DNA of 64,000 bases from contig JABCTZ010000036.1 of NCBI GenBank assembly GCA_018238155.1, positions 1 through 64,000 of the forward strand, written 5' to 3'. Of the stretch, positions 48,550 through 58,313 are shown piece by piece (positions within the stretch are counted from its first letter, which is position 1; each line of letters opens with the position of its first letter). The notes beneath the pieces are model-generated. The model searched no databases. It was not told the DNA's origin and was given only the letters and a program-made list of their open reading frames with translations. Position numbers and translations under genes: made by a program. The DNA comes from Candidatus Heimdallarchaeota archaeon (GTDB taxonomy: Archaea > Asgardarchaeota > Heimdallarchaeia > JABLTI01).

Positions 48550-50076
48550 ATGGCCAAACAAGCGAAATACGATGAACCTCTAGTTTTTGAGATAGAGACA
48601 ACGAAATATGCAAAATATCATCCTCCCAAAATACCTGTTGAAATAACAAAAACAGTTGGAAATGTTTCAGAATTAATTCCCAAAGAAATGCAAAGAGAAG
48701 CATTACCCAATCTACCGAGTTTGGCAGAGTTTCAACTCTCAAGACATTATACACACCTTGCACAAATGACTTTTTCAGTAGATAGTGGATTCTATCCACT
48801 AGGCAGTTGTACAATGAAATATAATCCAAAAATAAATGATGTTATTTCTTGTGATAAGCGCATCGCTGAATCACATCCTTATCAACCTGATGAAACTGTT
48901 CAAGGAAATATCCGTATTCTTTGTGAAACAGATCAGATGCTCTCTGAATTAGCTGGTATGGTTAGAACAACTCTTCAACCTTCTGCAGGAGCACATGGTG
49001 AATTAACAGGAATACTGGTTATTCGTGCTTATCATGAAGATCATGGTGAAGGAGAGCAAAGAACTGAAGTAATAGTTCCAGATTCTGCTCATGGTACAAA
49101 TCCAGCTACAGCAGCAATGGCAGGGTATCGAACTGTAGTCATCCAATCAAAAGAAAATGGCTTGGTTGACCTTGAAGCATTAAAAAGTGCTGTCAGTGAA
49201 AAAACTGCCGCGCTAATGCTTACAAATCCAAACACTCTAGGGTTATTCGAAGAAGAAATTCTTGAAATTGCTAAAGTAGTTCATGATGTTGGTGGATTGC
49301 TCTATTATGATGGTGCAAATTTCAATGCAATAATGGGTATTTGTAGACCTGGTGATATGGGTTTTGATGTTATTCATTTTAATGTTCATAAAACCCTGTC
49401 AACCCCTCACGGCGGAGGAGGACCAGGTTCGGGTCCAGTTGGTGTTGTTGAGAAATTGGTTCCATATTTACCTAAACCAATGCCTGAATATGATACGAAA
49501 AATAACCACTATTACTTAAATCATGACTTGCCAAAATCGATTGGAAAGATTCGTGGATTCTGGGGTAATTTCAGTGTTCTTGTTAGAGCTTATGTCTATA
49601 TGCTGTCCTTAGGCGGAAATGGTTTGAAAATAGCTTCAGAACAAGCTGTTTTAAATGCAAATTATTTGAAAAAGAAAATTCTAGTGCTAAAAGGATGGAC
49701 TCTACCATTCTCTACAGAAACTCCAAGAAAACATGAATTTGTTTTAAGTGGAGAAGATTTGCATAACGAAACAGGTATAAGCACTTTAGATGTTGCCAAA
49801 AGATTACTTGATTTGGGTTATCATGCACCAACAGTCTATTTTCCATTAATTGTTCATGAAGCTTTGATGATAGAACCTACTGAAACAGAATCTAAAGAAA
49901 CTCTTGATGAATTTACAGAAGCAATGAAACAAATTCTCACAGAAGCACGCGAAAATCCTGAAATAATTAAAAATGCTCCTCAGTTAACACCTATCTCTCG
50001 AGTGGATGAAGTATTAGCTGCAAAAGAGCCGATTCTTACATGGCAAATGTTCAAAGAAAAACAAATGGAGAAGTAA
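48550..50076 (+). CDS. gcvPB: glycine dehydrogenase (decarboxylating) subunit 2
   Basis: YPLGSCTMKYNP, SAHGTNPATA, NVHKTLSTPHGGGGPG (PLP lysine), MIEPTETES. Confidence 0.96.
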   Translation: MAKQAKYDEPLVFEIETTKYAKYHPPKIPVEITKTVGNVSELIPKEMQREALPNLPSLAEFQLSRHYTHLAQMTFSVDSGFYPLGSCTMKYNPKINDVISCDKRIAESHPYQPDETVQGNIRILCETDQMLSELAGMVRTTLQPSAGAHGELTGILVIRAYHEDHGEGEQRTEVIVPDSAHGTNPATAAMAGYRTVVIQSKENGLVDLEALKSAVSEKTAALMLTNPNTLGLFEEEILEIAKVVHDVGGLLYYDGANFNAIMGICRPGDMGFDVIHFNVHKTLSTPHGGGGPGSGPVGVVEKLVPYLPKPMPEYDTKNNHYYLNHDLPKSIGKIRGFWGNFSVLVRAYVYMLSLGGNGLKIASEQAVLNANYLKKKILVLKGWTLPFSTETPRKHEFVLSGEDLHNETGISTLDVAKRLLDLGYHAPTVYFPLIVHEALMIEPTETESKETLDEFTEAMKQILTEARENPEIIKNAPQLTPISRVDEVLAAKEPILTWQMFKEKQMEK

Positions 50077-50100
50077 AAGACTTCTCACTAACTCTTTTTT

Positions 50101-51264
50101 TTACTTTTCGATTCTCATTAAGATATCTTCATGATAGCTCGTTACTACTCTAATAAATCCATGAAGTTCTTTATCTAATTCAATATCTCCCGTATCCACT
50201 CGAAGACGTTCTGTCTTTTCAAGTTTAGAAACTGTAGCAATTAGAATAATATTCTTTTTTCCAATCTTTCTAATAACTGCCGGAGAAAATTGTTGATTTC
50301 CACGTCCAAAAATAAAACCTTGATTACCAATAACTGTGATAATTATTTTTGAATTTGAATACTGTTTCAGTAAATCCAATAATTGCTTTTCATTTAGATC
50401 CATTGCAATTAGTTTTCTATTAAAGATTGCATCAATTCCTAGGAGAGTTTTTTCTAATTTAAGATAATCAGCTACAACTTTGCATGTTGTTCCTGATCCC
50501 AATAGATAGAGAGTATCTCTATCCATATCATCTGATACTCTTTCAGCAATAACTCTTTGATCATGCTTTTCATCAAAGGTGGATGCAGAAGCCATTTTTC
50601 CTCCCTGAAAAGAAGCTGTAAGATAAGGTATCTTTACCATGCCTTTCAACTCCGCGCTTACTCTACCTGCTCGGAATGCTTCTTCATCAATGTCCATTAC
50701 TTCCATCTCTGTTAGATTTAATTGTCCACTATGAAATTGTTTGAAAATTTCACCTGCAATTTCCGGGCTTAAAGCAAAACAGGCACTGTGCATTTTAACT
50801 CCACTTGGTACTGCTAATACCGGAATTTTATCTTCTATTGCTTCAAAAACATCACATGCAGTTCCGTCTCCACCAATGAAGATCAATAGATCAGCATTTT
50901 TTTCAAGAATGAGTCTAGCTGCTTTTTTAGTGTCTTCTCGAGATGGTTTTTTATTGCTAGTTTTTCCAATAATTGAATAATTAAATCCCATTTCTGCTAG
51001 AACAGCTTCGCCCATTTCATCATTAAAACAAAGAAAGGATGTGGTATCTTTCAAATTTCCAATTGATTTAAGAAACCGCATTGCACGCTCATTTGATACT
51101 TTCTTACCTTCCCCGTCCTCAATTTTTGCCCAAATAGCTTCTACATCATCGCTACCTTTGAAGCCTATTCGACCACCAACTCCTGCAATTGGATTGATAA
51201 TTAATCCGACCAATAAATTCTCTCTCTCAGGAGCTGCTGTTGTACTAATATTTGTTGGATTCAT
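50101..51264 (-). CDS. ATP-NAD kinase family protein (polyphosphate/ATP-dependent)
   Basis: INPIAGVGG, GGDGT, PSGVKMHS, GFIFGRGNQQ, LRVDTGD. Confidence 0.85.
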   Translation of the reverse strand: MNPTNISTTAAPERENLLVGLIINPIAGVGGRIGFKGSDDVEAIWAKIEDGEGKKVSNERAMRFLKSIGNLKDTTSFLCFNDEMGEAVLAEMGFNYSIIGKTSNKKPSREDTKKAARLILEKNADLLIFIGGDGTACDVFEAIEDKIPVLAVPSGVKMHSACFALSPEIAGEIFKQFHSGQLNLTEMEVMDIDEEAFRAGRVSAELKGMVKIPYLTASFQGGKMASASTFDEKHDQRVIAERVSDDMDRDTLYLLGSGTTCKVVADYLKLEKTLLGIDAIFNRKLIAMDLNEKQLLDLLKQYSNSKIIITVIGNQGFIFGRGNQQFSPAVIRKIGKKNIILIATVSKLEKTERLRVDTGDIELDKELHGFIRVVTSYHEDILMRIEK

Positions 51265-51440
51265 TGATTTCTCACTTTCACTCAGTAATGTCTTTCTTTC
51301 TTCAATTAATTGTTAGGGATAGAAAATAATCTATCAATTATATTTGCTTCTACATTTTCTTTATAATATATAAGTAAAGAAGTACAAATATAACACGAAA
51401 AAGTAATAAAACTCAATAACAATCTCTTATTGAAATATAG

Positions 51441-53489
51441 GTGAGAAATGTGGAGTTTCCTAAAACAAAACGTGAAGATATTATTGAAACAATTCATGGT
51501 GTAGAAGTTCACGACCCATATCGTTGGCTTGAAGATTTTAACAACATTAATGTACAAAAGTGGTTGGATGAGCAACATAATTTAACAAAGAATGTGTTGA
51601 AAGCAATTCCTAATAGAGATGTTGCATTAAAACGAATGACAGAACTGTTTTCTTTAGGAGCAATTTCAATTCCAATCAAACATAAAGAGAGTACCTTCTT
51701 CTTTAAGAGAACTACAGAGAAACATTCCATTTTGTATTATCAGGGTAAGGAAAAAAAAACTAGTGTACTAATTGATCCAAATGAACTTAGTAAGAAAAAT
51801 CCTATTGCTTTAGATTGGTATTATGTTTCACCTGAAATAAAATATCTTGTCTATGGTCTATCAGAAAATGGCGATGAATGGAGTTTATTACAAATAAAAA
51901 ATATTGACACCGGTGAAATATTAGAGGACAAAATTCCAAGAACGCGCCACTGTAGTTTAGCTTGGTTACCTGATGAGTCTGGTTTTTACTATACTAGATT
52001 CCCTCAAGTAGGCTCTGTACCAGAAGGTCAAGAGCATTACAATTGTAAAGTCTATTTTCACAAGATAGGCACAAATTGGAAAGATGATAAAATAATATTT
52101 GGTGAGGGACGCGCTGCAACAAATCACTATACTGTCCAAATATCAAAAGATGCCGAATATCTCATAATTGCAATTCAAAAGTATACTAAAAATGATTTGT
52201 TTCTTCTAAATTTGGAAACTAAGGAACTTGTAGACATTATTGTAAATCAAGATTGTCTATCAATGGTGAAGGTAATAGATGATGAACTATGGATTTTAAC
52301 TAACAGAAATGCTCCAAGAAAAGCACTATATAAAACAACTTTCGAAAGACCTACATTTGAGGATTGGGAATTAATTATACCTGAAAGTGACAATATTATC
52401 TCTCAATTTCTTATCTCTAAAGAGAAAATCTATCTTTTAGTAATGAAAAATGCCTATGATCATATTGTGCTCCATAATCATCAAGGACGATATTTGAAAA
52501 CATTAGATTTACCAAAATATGCTTCTATTACTGGATTGGCTAGAAACCAAGAGAAGACAAAGAATGTTTCTGAATTTTTTGTTATGGTTACTTCTTTCTT
52601 ACAACCCAGATCGATTTATTCCTATAATCTTTCACAAGAAGAAATAACTCTATATGATGAGATAAAACCACCTGTAAATCCTGAAGATTATATCGTCAAC
52701 CAAGTTTGGTATAAATCAAAAGATGGTACTAAAGTTTCAATGTTTATTGTTCATAAGAAAGGTTTGAAATTTGATGGAAATAATCCAACATTGTTGTGTG
52801 GTTATGGTGGTTTTAACATTGCTTTGAAACCTCCCTATATTAAAGAATCAAGATTCTATTGGTTGGAGCGAGGTGGTGTAATTGCTATTGCAAATCTTCG
52901 AGGTGGTTCTGAATATGGAGAAGAATGGCACAAAGGTGGTATGCTGAAGAATAAGCAAAATGTATTTGATGATTTCATTTATGCCGGTCAATGGTTAATT
53001 GAAAACAAATATGCCTCTAATAAAACACTAGCTATTTTTGGAAGAAGTAATGGTGGATTATTGACTGGTGCAGCAGTAACTCAAAGACCAGATTTATTTA
53101 GTGCTGTATATATTGGAGTGCCATTACTCGATATGATTCGATATCAACTTTTTAGCATAGCAAGATACTGGATCCCTGAATATGGTTCTTCAGAAGATCC
53201 GGAACAATTCAAATTCATTTACAAATATTCTCCATATCACAACGTCAAAAAAGGAACAAAATATCCGGCAACATATCTAGTAGCTGCTGCATCTGATAGT
53301 AGAGTTGATGTCAATCATGCAATGAAAATGACTGGATATATGCAGTGGGCAAATGCATCAAAAGAACCAATTCTGTTGTTTGTTGAAAGACAAGCAGGAC
53401 ATGGAATAGGAAAACCCATTGACAAAGTTGCAGAAGCGGAAGCAAATAAATTCACTTTTCTTGGGTGGAAAACAGGAATGAAATTATAA
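51441..53489 (+). CDS. prolyl oligopeptidase (S9A)
   Basis: DPYRWLE, GYGGF, NLRGGSEYGEEWH, GRSNGG nucleophile, DSRV, AGHG. Confidence 0.94.
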   Translation: MRNVEFPKTKREDIIETIHGVEVHDPYRWLEDFNNINVQKWLDEQHNLTKNVLKAIPNRDVALKRMTELFSLGAISIPIKHKESTFFFKRTTEKHSILYYQGKEKKTSVLIDPNELSKKNPIALDWYYVSPEIKYLVYGLSENGDEWSLLQIKNIDTGEILEDKIPRTRHCSLAWLPDESGFYYTRFPQVGSVPEGQEHYNCKVYFHKIGTNWKDDKIIFGEGRAATNHYTVQISKDAEYLIIAIQKYTKNDLFLLNLETKELVDIIVNQDCLSMVKVIDDELWILTNRNAPRKALYKTTFERPTFEDWELIIPESDNIISQFLISKEKIYLLVMKNAYDHIVLHNHQGRYLKTLDLPKYASITGLARNQEKTKNVSEFFVMVTSFLQPRSIYSYNLSQEEITLYDEIKPPVNPEDYIVNQVWYKSKDGTKVSMFIVHKKGLKFDGNNPTLLCGYGGFNIALKPPYIKESRFYWLERGGVIAIANLRGGSEYGEEWHKGGMLKNKQNVFDDFIYAGQWLIENKYASNKTLAIFGRSNGGLLTGAAVTQRPDLFSAVYIGVPLLDMIRYQLFSIARYWIPEYGSSEDPEQFKFIYKYSPYHNVKKGTKYPATYLVAAASDSRVDVNHAMKMTGYMQWANASKEPILLFVERQAGHGIGKPIDKVAEAEANKFTFLGWKTGMKL

Positions 53490-53512
53490 TCAAAGGAATG
53501 CTCTAATATAAG

Positions 53513-54028
53513 GTGATTTTTATGAAGATATATTTAGAACAAGGGGATATCACAAATATTCAAGCTGATGCTATTGTAAATGCAGCAAATAATGAATTGT
53601 GGATGGGTGCAGGGGTTGCAGGAGCCATTAAAAGAAAAGGGGGGATAGAAATAGAAAAAGATGCAATGAGCAAAGGACCGATAGAACATGGTGAAGCTAT
53701 AGAATCAATTGCTGGCAAATTGAATGCTAAATATGTTATACACGCTGCTGGTATGAGAAGTGATGGTTTCATCAGCAAAGAAAGCTTATCTAAATCAGTT
53801 GAAAACAGCTTATTTATTGCAGAAAAATTGCAATTACAATCGATTGCTTTTCCAGCTATTGGTACGGGCGTTGCAGGATTCCCACCAGAAGAATGTGCAA
53901 AAATAATGTTAGATGTATTGAGAAATTTCAAATATACAAAGCTGGAAAAAGTAATTCTTGTGTTGTATAGCAATGAAATGTATTCGCTCTTTCTAAAAGT
54001 TGCAGAAAACAAAGAAATTGAATTGTAA
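53513..54028 (+). CDS. macro domain ADP-ribose hydrolase (MacroD-type)
   Basis: GDIT, VNAAN, GAGVAGAI, HAAG, FPAIGTG. Confidence 0.92.
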   Translation: MIFMKIYLEQGDITNIQADAIVNAANNELWMGAGVAGAIKRKGGIEIEKDAMSKGPIEHGEAIESIAGKLNAKYVIHAAGMRSDGFISKESLSKSVENSLFIAEKLQLQSIAFPAIGTGVAGFPPEECAKIMLDVLRNFKYTKLEKVILVLYSNEMYSLFLKVAENKEIEL

Positions 54029-54044
54029 CGTTGGGTTACAATTC

Positions 54045-56780
54045 CTAATTATCCTCTGAAGTTTCTTGCTCTTCAGTTTGAGATGATTCTTCTAAAGCAT
54101 TTTGCGCTTTAACTATATTATCTTCCTTTTTGTCTTCTTCCTGAGAAAATTCCATTTCACGTTCAACTAAAATATCCAGTATTTTAAGTGAGAACGCTTG
54201 GCATTGATCAATAATTCGTTCTGCTTCTAGAGTATCAACATATAATTGCTCCTCAGAACCTTTGATTAATGGTAGGATTGTTGAATTCCAGATTCCTTTT
54301 GCTTCTGAATAGAGTGTTTGCGCATCTGTAGCAAACTCTGTTAATCCTTCACGAGATGCTGTACTTAAGACTTGAGAAGTCATTTTTTTGTCTAGTAAAT
54401 CCTCAAGTTCTTTTTCATATCCCAATAAAATGGTGATTGTCTTTTTTATTTCTTCTTTCTTTTGATCAATTACTGAAGGTTCTATTTCTTCTCTAACCTT
54501 TGGTAGGTCAATTGTAAATTCTTGAGCTGGCTCCTCTTGCACTACTTCTGCTGGGATATCTGCTGCGAGCTCCGTTTCAGAAATTATCCTTGTGTCAGCA
54601 TCCTCTTGACTTGACTTCATCTTATCTTCAAATCGTTTCTTTGCTGCCACTTCGACATTATTTCGTTCGGTTTTCTCCCAAGTCATTTCGCGTCCTTTAG
54701 CTTTTTCACTAGCAAACAATTCTGATTCTTCTCGTTCTAATTCCTTCTTTTGTGATGACTTCTTAGGTCTAAATGATCTAGCAACTAGAAATGAAAATGT
54801 TAAGAATAATGCGATTGTTGCTACACAGATAATGACTATGAACATAATTTGAGCATAATCAATAGGTTCTGCAATGCTTGGAGGGAATGAATCCGGATCT
54901 AATGGATCTGTACCGGCATTTACTTCCACACCATCATTATAACCATCTCCGTCTGTATCCGGATTTGTGGGATCTGTCCAGATACGTGATTCAAAATCGG
55001 TTGTAAGACCATCTCCATCTAGATCTAAATCAATATTATCAGCAACAAGTGGGTTCAATCCCCACTTAACTTCATATCCATCAGATAAAGTGTCTCCATC
55101 TGAATCGATTTTGAGTGGATTCGTATGATACTCATTGACTTCTTCTCCATCTAATAGAAAGTCACCATCTGTATCTGCTAGATGAGGATCTGTTCCTTCG
55201 AGGTATTCCTCAAGATTTGTCAAATCATCTTCATCTGTATCAATAGCTGCATCTGAACTATTTGTTGGGTTAAAGTTTTCTAGGATCTCGTAATCATCTG
55301 GCATCCCATCTGCGTCGCTATCACTACTGAGTGGATTTGTTCCGTAAACTAAAATCTCATTTCCATCGGAAATTGTGTCTCCATCCGTATCAGCTAAAGC
55401 AGGATTTGTTCCATATATTGCTTCATCTAAATCAGATAGTCCATCTCCATCTGTATCGATGGAACCATAGACGATATAAGCTTCTGTTGTTAGCTGATAT
55501 CGTTCAACAAAGGCAATATAATAATTACCAATTTTATCTACAGCGATTGATGGATCATGAGCAATACTTGAAGGTGAGCTTATTCTTTTTTCAAAATCCC
55601 AATTACTGGCCATATTTTTCTGCTTAAGATGGATTTGTGAGTTTCCCGTAATTTTTGTTTCAAAAACAACAATAATATTGCCATTTTGATCTGCTGCTAT
55701 TCCAAAATCACTTTCATCAACTAAAAAGGAATGAATGGTTGTTGGTGAAGACCAAGCACCTGCAGCACCTTTTGCCGGCGCAGTAATGTAATAGAGGTTG
55801 TTAGTTGTGCCATTATCTCTAAAAACAACTTCGATATTTTTACTATAATTGTTATAGGTAATAATAGGATCAATTGGCGCATAAGCTACATTAGTAATCT
55901 TCTCTTCTGATGTCCAAGCAGATCCTTCATCCAAGTAGGAATAATATAATTCCTGATCACTTGTTCTCTTATCTGACCAGATTAAATGAAGCGTATCGTT
56001 GCTATCAACAGTCAAAGCAAGCTGTGTTTCAGCAGCAATTTCTGCTCCATTAGTAATTCGAATAATTGGCGTATCCCAAAGACCAGTCGTAGCATTATAT
56101 TTTGTATAATAAAGGTCTCCAAGAGCATTATCTGTTGTATCTCTCCAAACTAGATGAACCAAACCAACACTATCAGATACGGTTATTGGATTTTCAGCAT
56201 CACCACTATTTGAAGTTAAATTATTTTTTCCACTGACGTTAATTCCATCTTCAACAATTACTTCTTGCAACTCGAAATCATCTTGTGGGTTTTCATCTTC
56301 TTCAAACACAAAATGAATGGATCCGTTAATATCAGGTGTAGGATTATAACCAGTTGGTAATGCATCTAATACCGTTTCAATTACCAATGGGGTTGGTAGC
56401 CATGCACTACTACTATTGCCAATAGAGAAGTAGATAGTACTTACCGGGCTTGTCTCAGGATTGATGATATCAACCCAAGAAACTCCTACCATTTCAGTTA
56501 AAGGATCATAGATTACTCGAGAATGAGATGAATTAGTTCCCGTATTAGAAATTCTTTCACCATCAGTAACAATGACTGCATTTGGATTAAATATTACAAC
56601 TATTGGCTCTTCAAGAATTGAAGGACTAACTCCTATTGCATTAGGAATTGCATTATATCCTTGAATGGCAATTGGTAGTACTAGACATAAAAATATAACA
56701 AAAGTAAAGGCAAAATTGGTTGACTTTTTCATTCGAACTAAAGTAATTTCAGATGACACAGTTTCAGACTTCCTACTCAA
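54045..56780 (-). CDS. single-pass surface protein: propeller-like ectodomain, Ca-binding DxDxDG (TSP3-like) repeats, TM, long cytoplasmic helical tail
   Basis: signal peptide; VHLVW/LHLIW repeats; many DTDGDGL...GTDP repeats; TM IMFIVIICVATIALFLTFSFLV; ~250-aa charged tail. Confidence 0.8.
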   Translation of the reverse strand: MSRKSETVSSEITLVRMKKSTNFAFTFVIFLCLVLPIAIQGYNAIPNAIGVSPSILEEPIVVIFNPNAVIVTDGERISNTGTNSSHSRVIYDPLTEMVGVSWVDIINPETSPVSTIYFSIGNSSSAWLPTPLVIETVLDALPTGYNPTPDINGSIHFVFEEDENPQDDFELQEVIVEDGINVSGKNNLTSNSGDAENPITVSDSVGLVHLVWRDTTDNALGDLYYTKYNATTGLWDTPIIRITNGAEIAAETQLALTVDSNDTLHLIWSDKRTSDQELYYSYLDEGSAWTSEEKITNVAYAPIDPIITYNNYSKNIEVVFRDNGTTNNLYYITAPAKGAAGAWSSPTTIHSFLVDESDFGIAADQNGNIIVVFETKITGNSQIHLKQKNMASNWDFEKRISSPSSIAHDPSIAVDKIGNYYIAFVERYQLTTEAYIVYGSIDTDGDGLSDLDEAIYGTNPALADTDGDTISDGNEILVYGTNPLSSDSDADGMPDDYEILENFNPTNSSDAAIDTDEDDLTNLEEYLEGTDPHLADTDGDFLLDGEEVNEYHTNPLKIDSDGDTLSDGYEVKWGLNPLVADNIDLDLDGDGLTTDFESRIWTDPTNPDTDGDGYNDGVEVNAGTDPLDPDSFPPSIAEPIDYAQIMFIVIICVATIALFLTFSFLVARSFRPKKSSQKKELEREESELFASEKAKGREMTWEKTERNNVEVAAKKRFEDKMKSSQEDADTRIISETELAADIPAEVVQEEPAQEFTIDLPKVREEIEPSVIDQKKEEIKKTITILLGYEKELEDLLDKKMTSQVLSTASREGLTEFATDAQTLYSEAKGIWNSTILPLIKGSEEQLYVDTLEAERIIDQCQAFSLKILDILVEREMEFSQEEDKKEDNIVKAQNALEESSQTEEQETSEDN

Positions 56781-57003
56781 TCTAGTATTTAGACTATGAG
56801 AAAAAAAAGCTTTTTATAGTGAACATTGGAGGTAAAATGATACAGTAGCAATTTAAAAGATAGCTAACAAGGGGAAAACTTTTTCTTTCTTGTGAAATTG
56901 AAACAACAGAGTATAGGAAAACTTATTAAAACAAATCCAAGGGTTGGAGAAATAGTTAATAAACACTTTGTTGTGGAAATTTTAATAAAATAAGGTGCAA
57001 ATA

Positions 57004-57510
57004 ATGGCTAATCAAGAAATCAAGGTACTCGTTGAAGGTGGAAAAGCATCTCCCGCACCACCACTAGGTCCTGCATTAGGACCAACTGGAGTAAATATCG
57101 GTCAAGTTATCAGTCAAATTAACCAACAAACCTCAATGTATAGAGGGATGAAGGTTCCTGTTACAATTACTATCAAACCTGATAGATCATTTGAGCTTAA
57201 TGTAGGTATCCCAACAACAAGTGGTTTAGTACTAAAAGAAGCAAAATTATCAAAAGGTGGGCATGGTTCAACAGAGGAAGTTCCTGAAGAACCTTTTATT
57301 GGAAATATCTCCATGCAACAAGTAATGAACATTGCTGAAATCAAAAAAGAAGGAAGTTTTGCTATAACGTATAAAACCCTTTGTAAAGAGATTTTGGGTA
57401 CTGTTTTAAGTTCAAAAGTTTCGTGTGAAGGAAAAGATCCTCGCGAAGTTCAAAAAGACATTGACAAAGGTGTCTACGATAAACTCTTTGTTGGCAAAGA
57501 TAAATTGTGA
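57004..57510 (+). CDS. rpl11: 50S ribosomal protein uL11
   Basis: VEGGKASPAPPLGPALGP, GMKVPV, KEILGT. Confidence 0.96.
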   Translation: MANQEIKVLVEGGKASPAPPLGPALGPTGVNIGQVISQINQQTSMYRGMKVPVTITIKPDRSFELNVGIPTTSGLVLKEAKLSKGGHGSTEEVPEEPFIGNISMQQVMNIAEIKKEGSFAITYKTLCKEILGTVLSSKVSCEGKDPREVQKDIDKGVYDKLFVGKDKL

Positions 57511-57562
57511 CATCACCACTCTTTTTTTCTATGGATAAATAGGATATCTAGTTTATCCATCA

Positions 57563-57985
57563 TTAGTTACCATAACAAATAAGTTGTTGGTACAGGTTCA
57601 TTTCTGAACCCCCACAAGGAACAGTCGTGTAAAGGATTCCTAAGTCTGTATAGAGCACATGGTTGAAGTCTTTCAGATTTCTAATTTTGTGATAATCAAT
57701 GAAGGATGCTTGGCAGGTGTTCACAGTAGCAATGTAATCGTGATTTGCGGTGAATCTACATTCTGAGTAATGGAACCATCGATTTCGCTTATCAGCGGTC
57801 AAGTTGTTTGATTCCTTAACTTTCATTCCTTCATCATCTGTTTTAGCTTTTTTGTGTTTCTTTCATTACCTCTGTGTTATCCAATAATACCTACCTCTAT
57901 TACAATTAGCAACTGTAAAACCTTGCCCAATTTGCATCAAACTAACAGTACAACCATTAGGATTTGTGCTTGAACACCAATATTT
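57563..57985 (-). pseudogene. possible decayed Cys/aromatic-rich gene
   Basis: 87-aa ORF continues upstream in the same frame after TAA-TGA (57863-68) as KYWCSSTNPNGCTVSLMQIGQGFTVANCNRGRYYWITQR; no family recognised. Confidence 0.25.
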
Positions 57986-58313
57986 TTATTGTTTCTTCTC
58001 TTCAAATTCTTGTCCCTTCATTTCTCAATTCACATGCTCCAGTATCCCTTATTCTAATTGCTCATAAAAACATCAATAGTAGTAACCCAAACTTTTATTT
58101 TTCAAAAGCTTTTGATTCTATAATTGAGCAAAGTTTGTTTTTGCTCAAATGCGCTGAATAAAAAACGAACAACCCAAATACGAATCCGAGTAGTTGATTG
58201 GATAAGAATTCCTCTCAAAAAAACTCTTAATTTGGGTAATTTAAAATAAAATGGTTCTAATTAATTTGGAACCTTCAGAGAAAGAGGTGTAAAAAATTTC
58301 AAAACATTCAGGC

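Noticed and set aside
54880-55460. CRISPR-like or DGR-like DNA repeats
   Set aside because: The repeats are degenerate and in frame, explained by DxDxDG protein repeats; no cas or reverse transcriptase genes in the window
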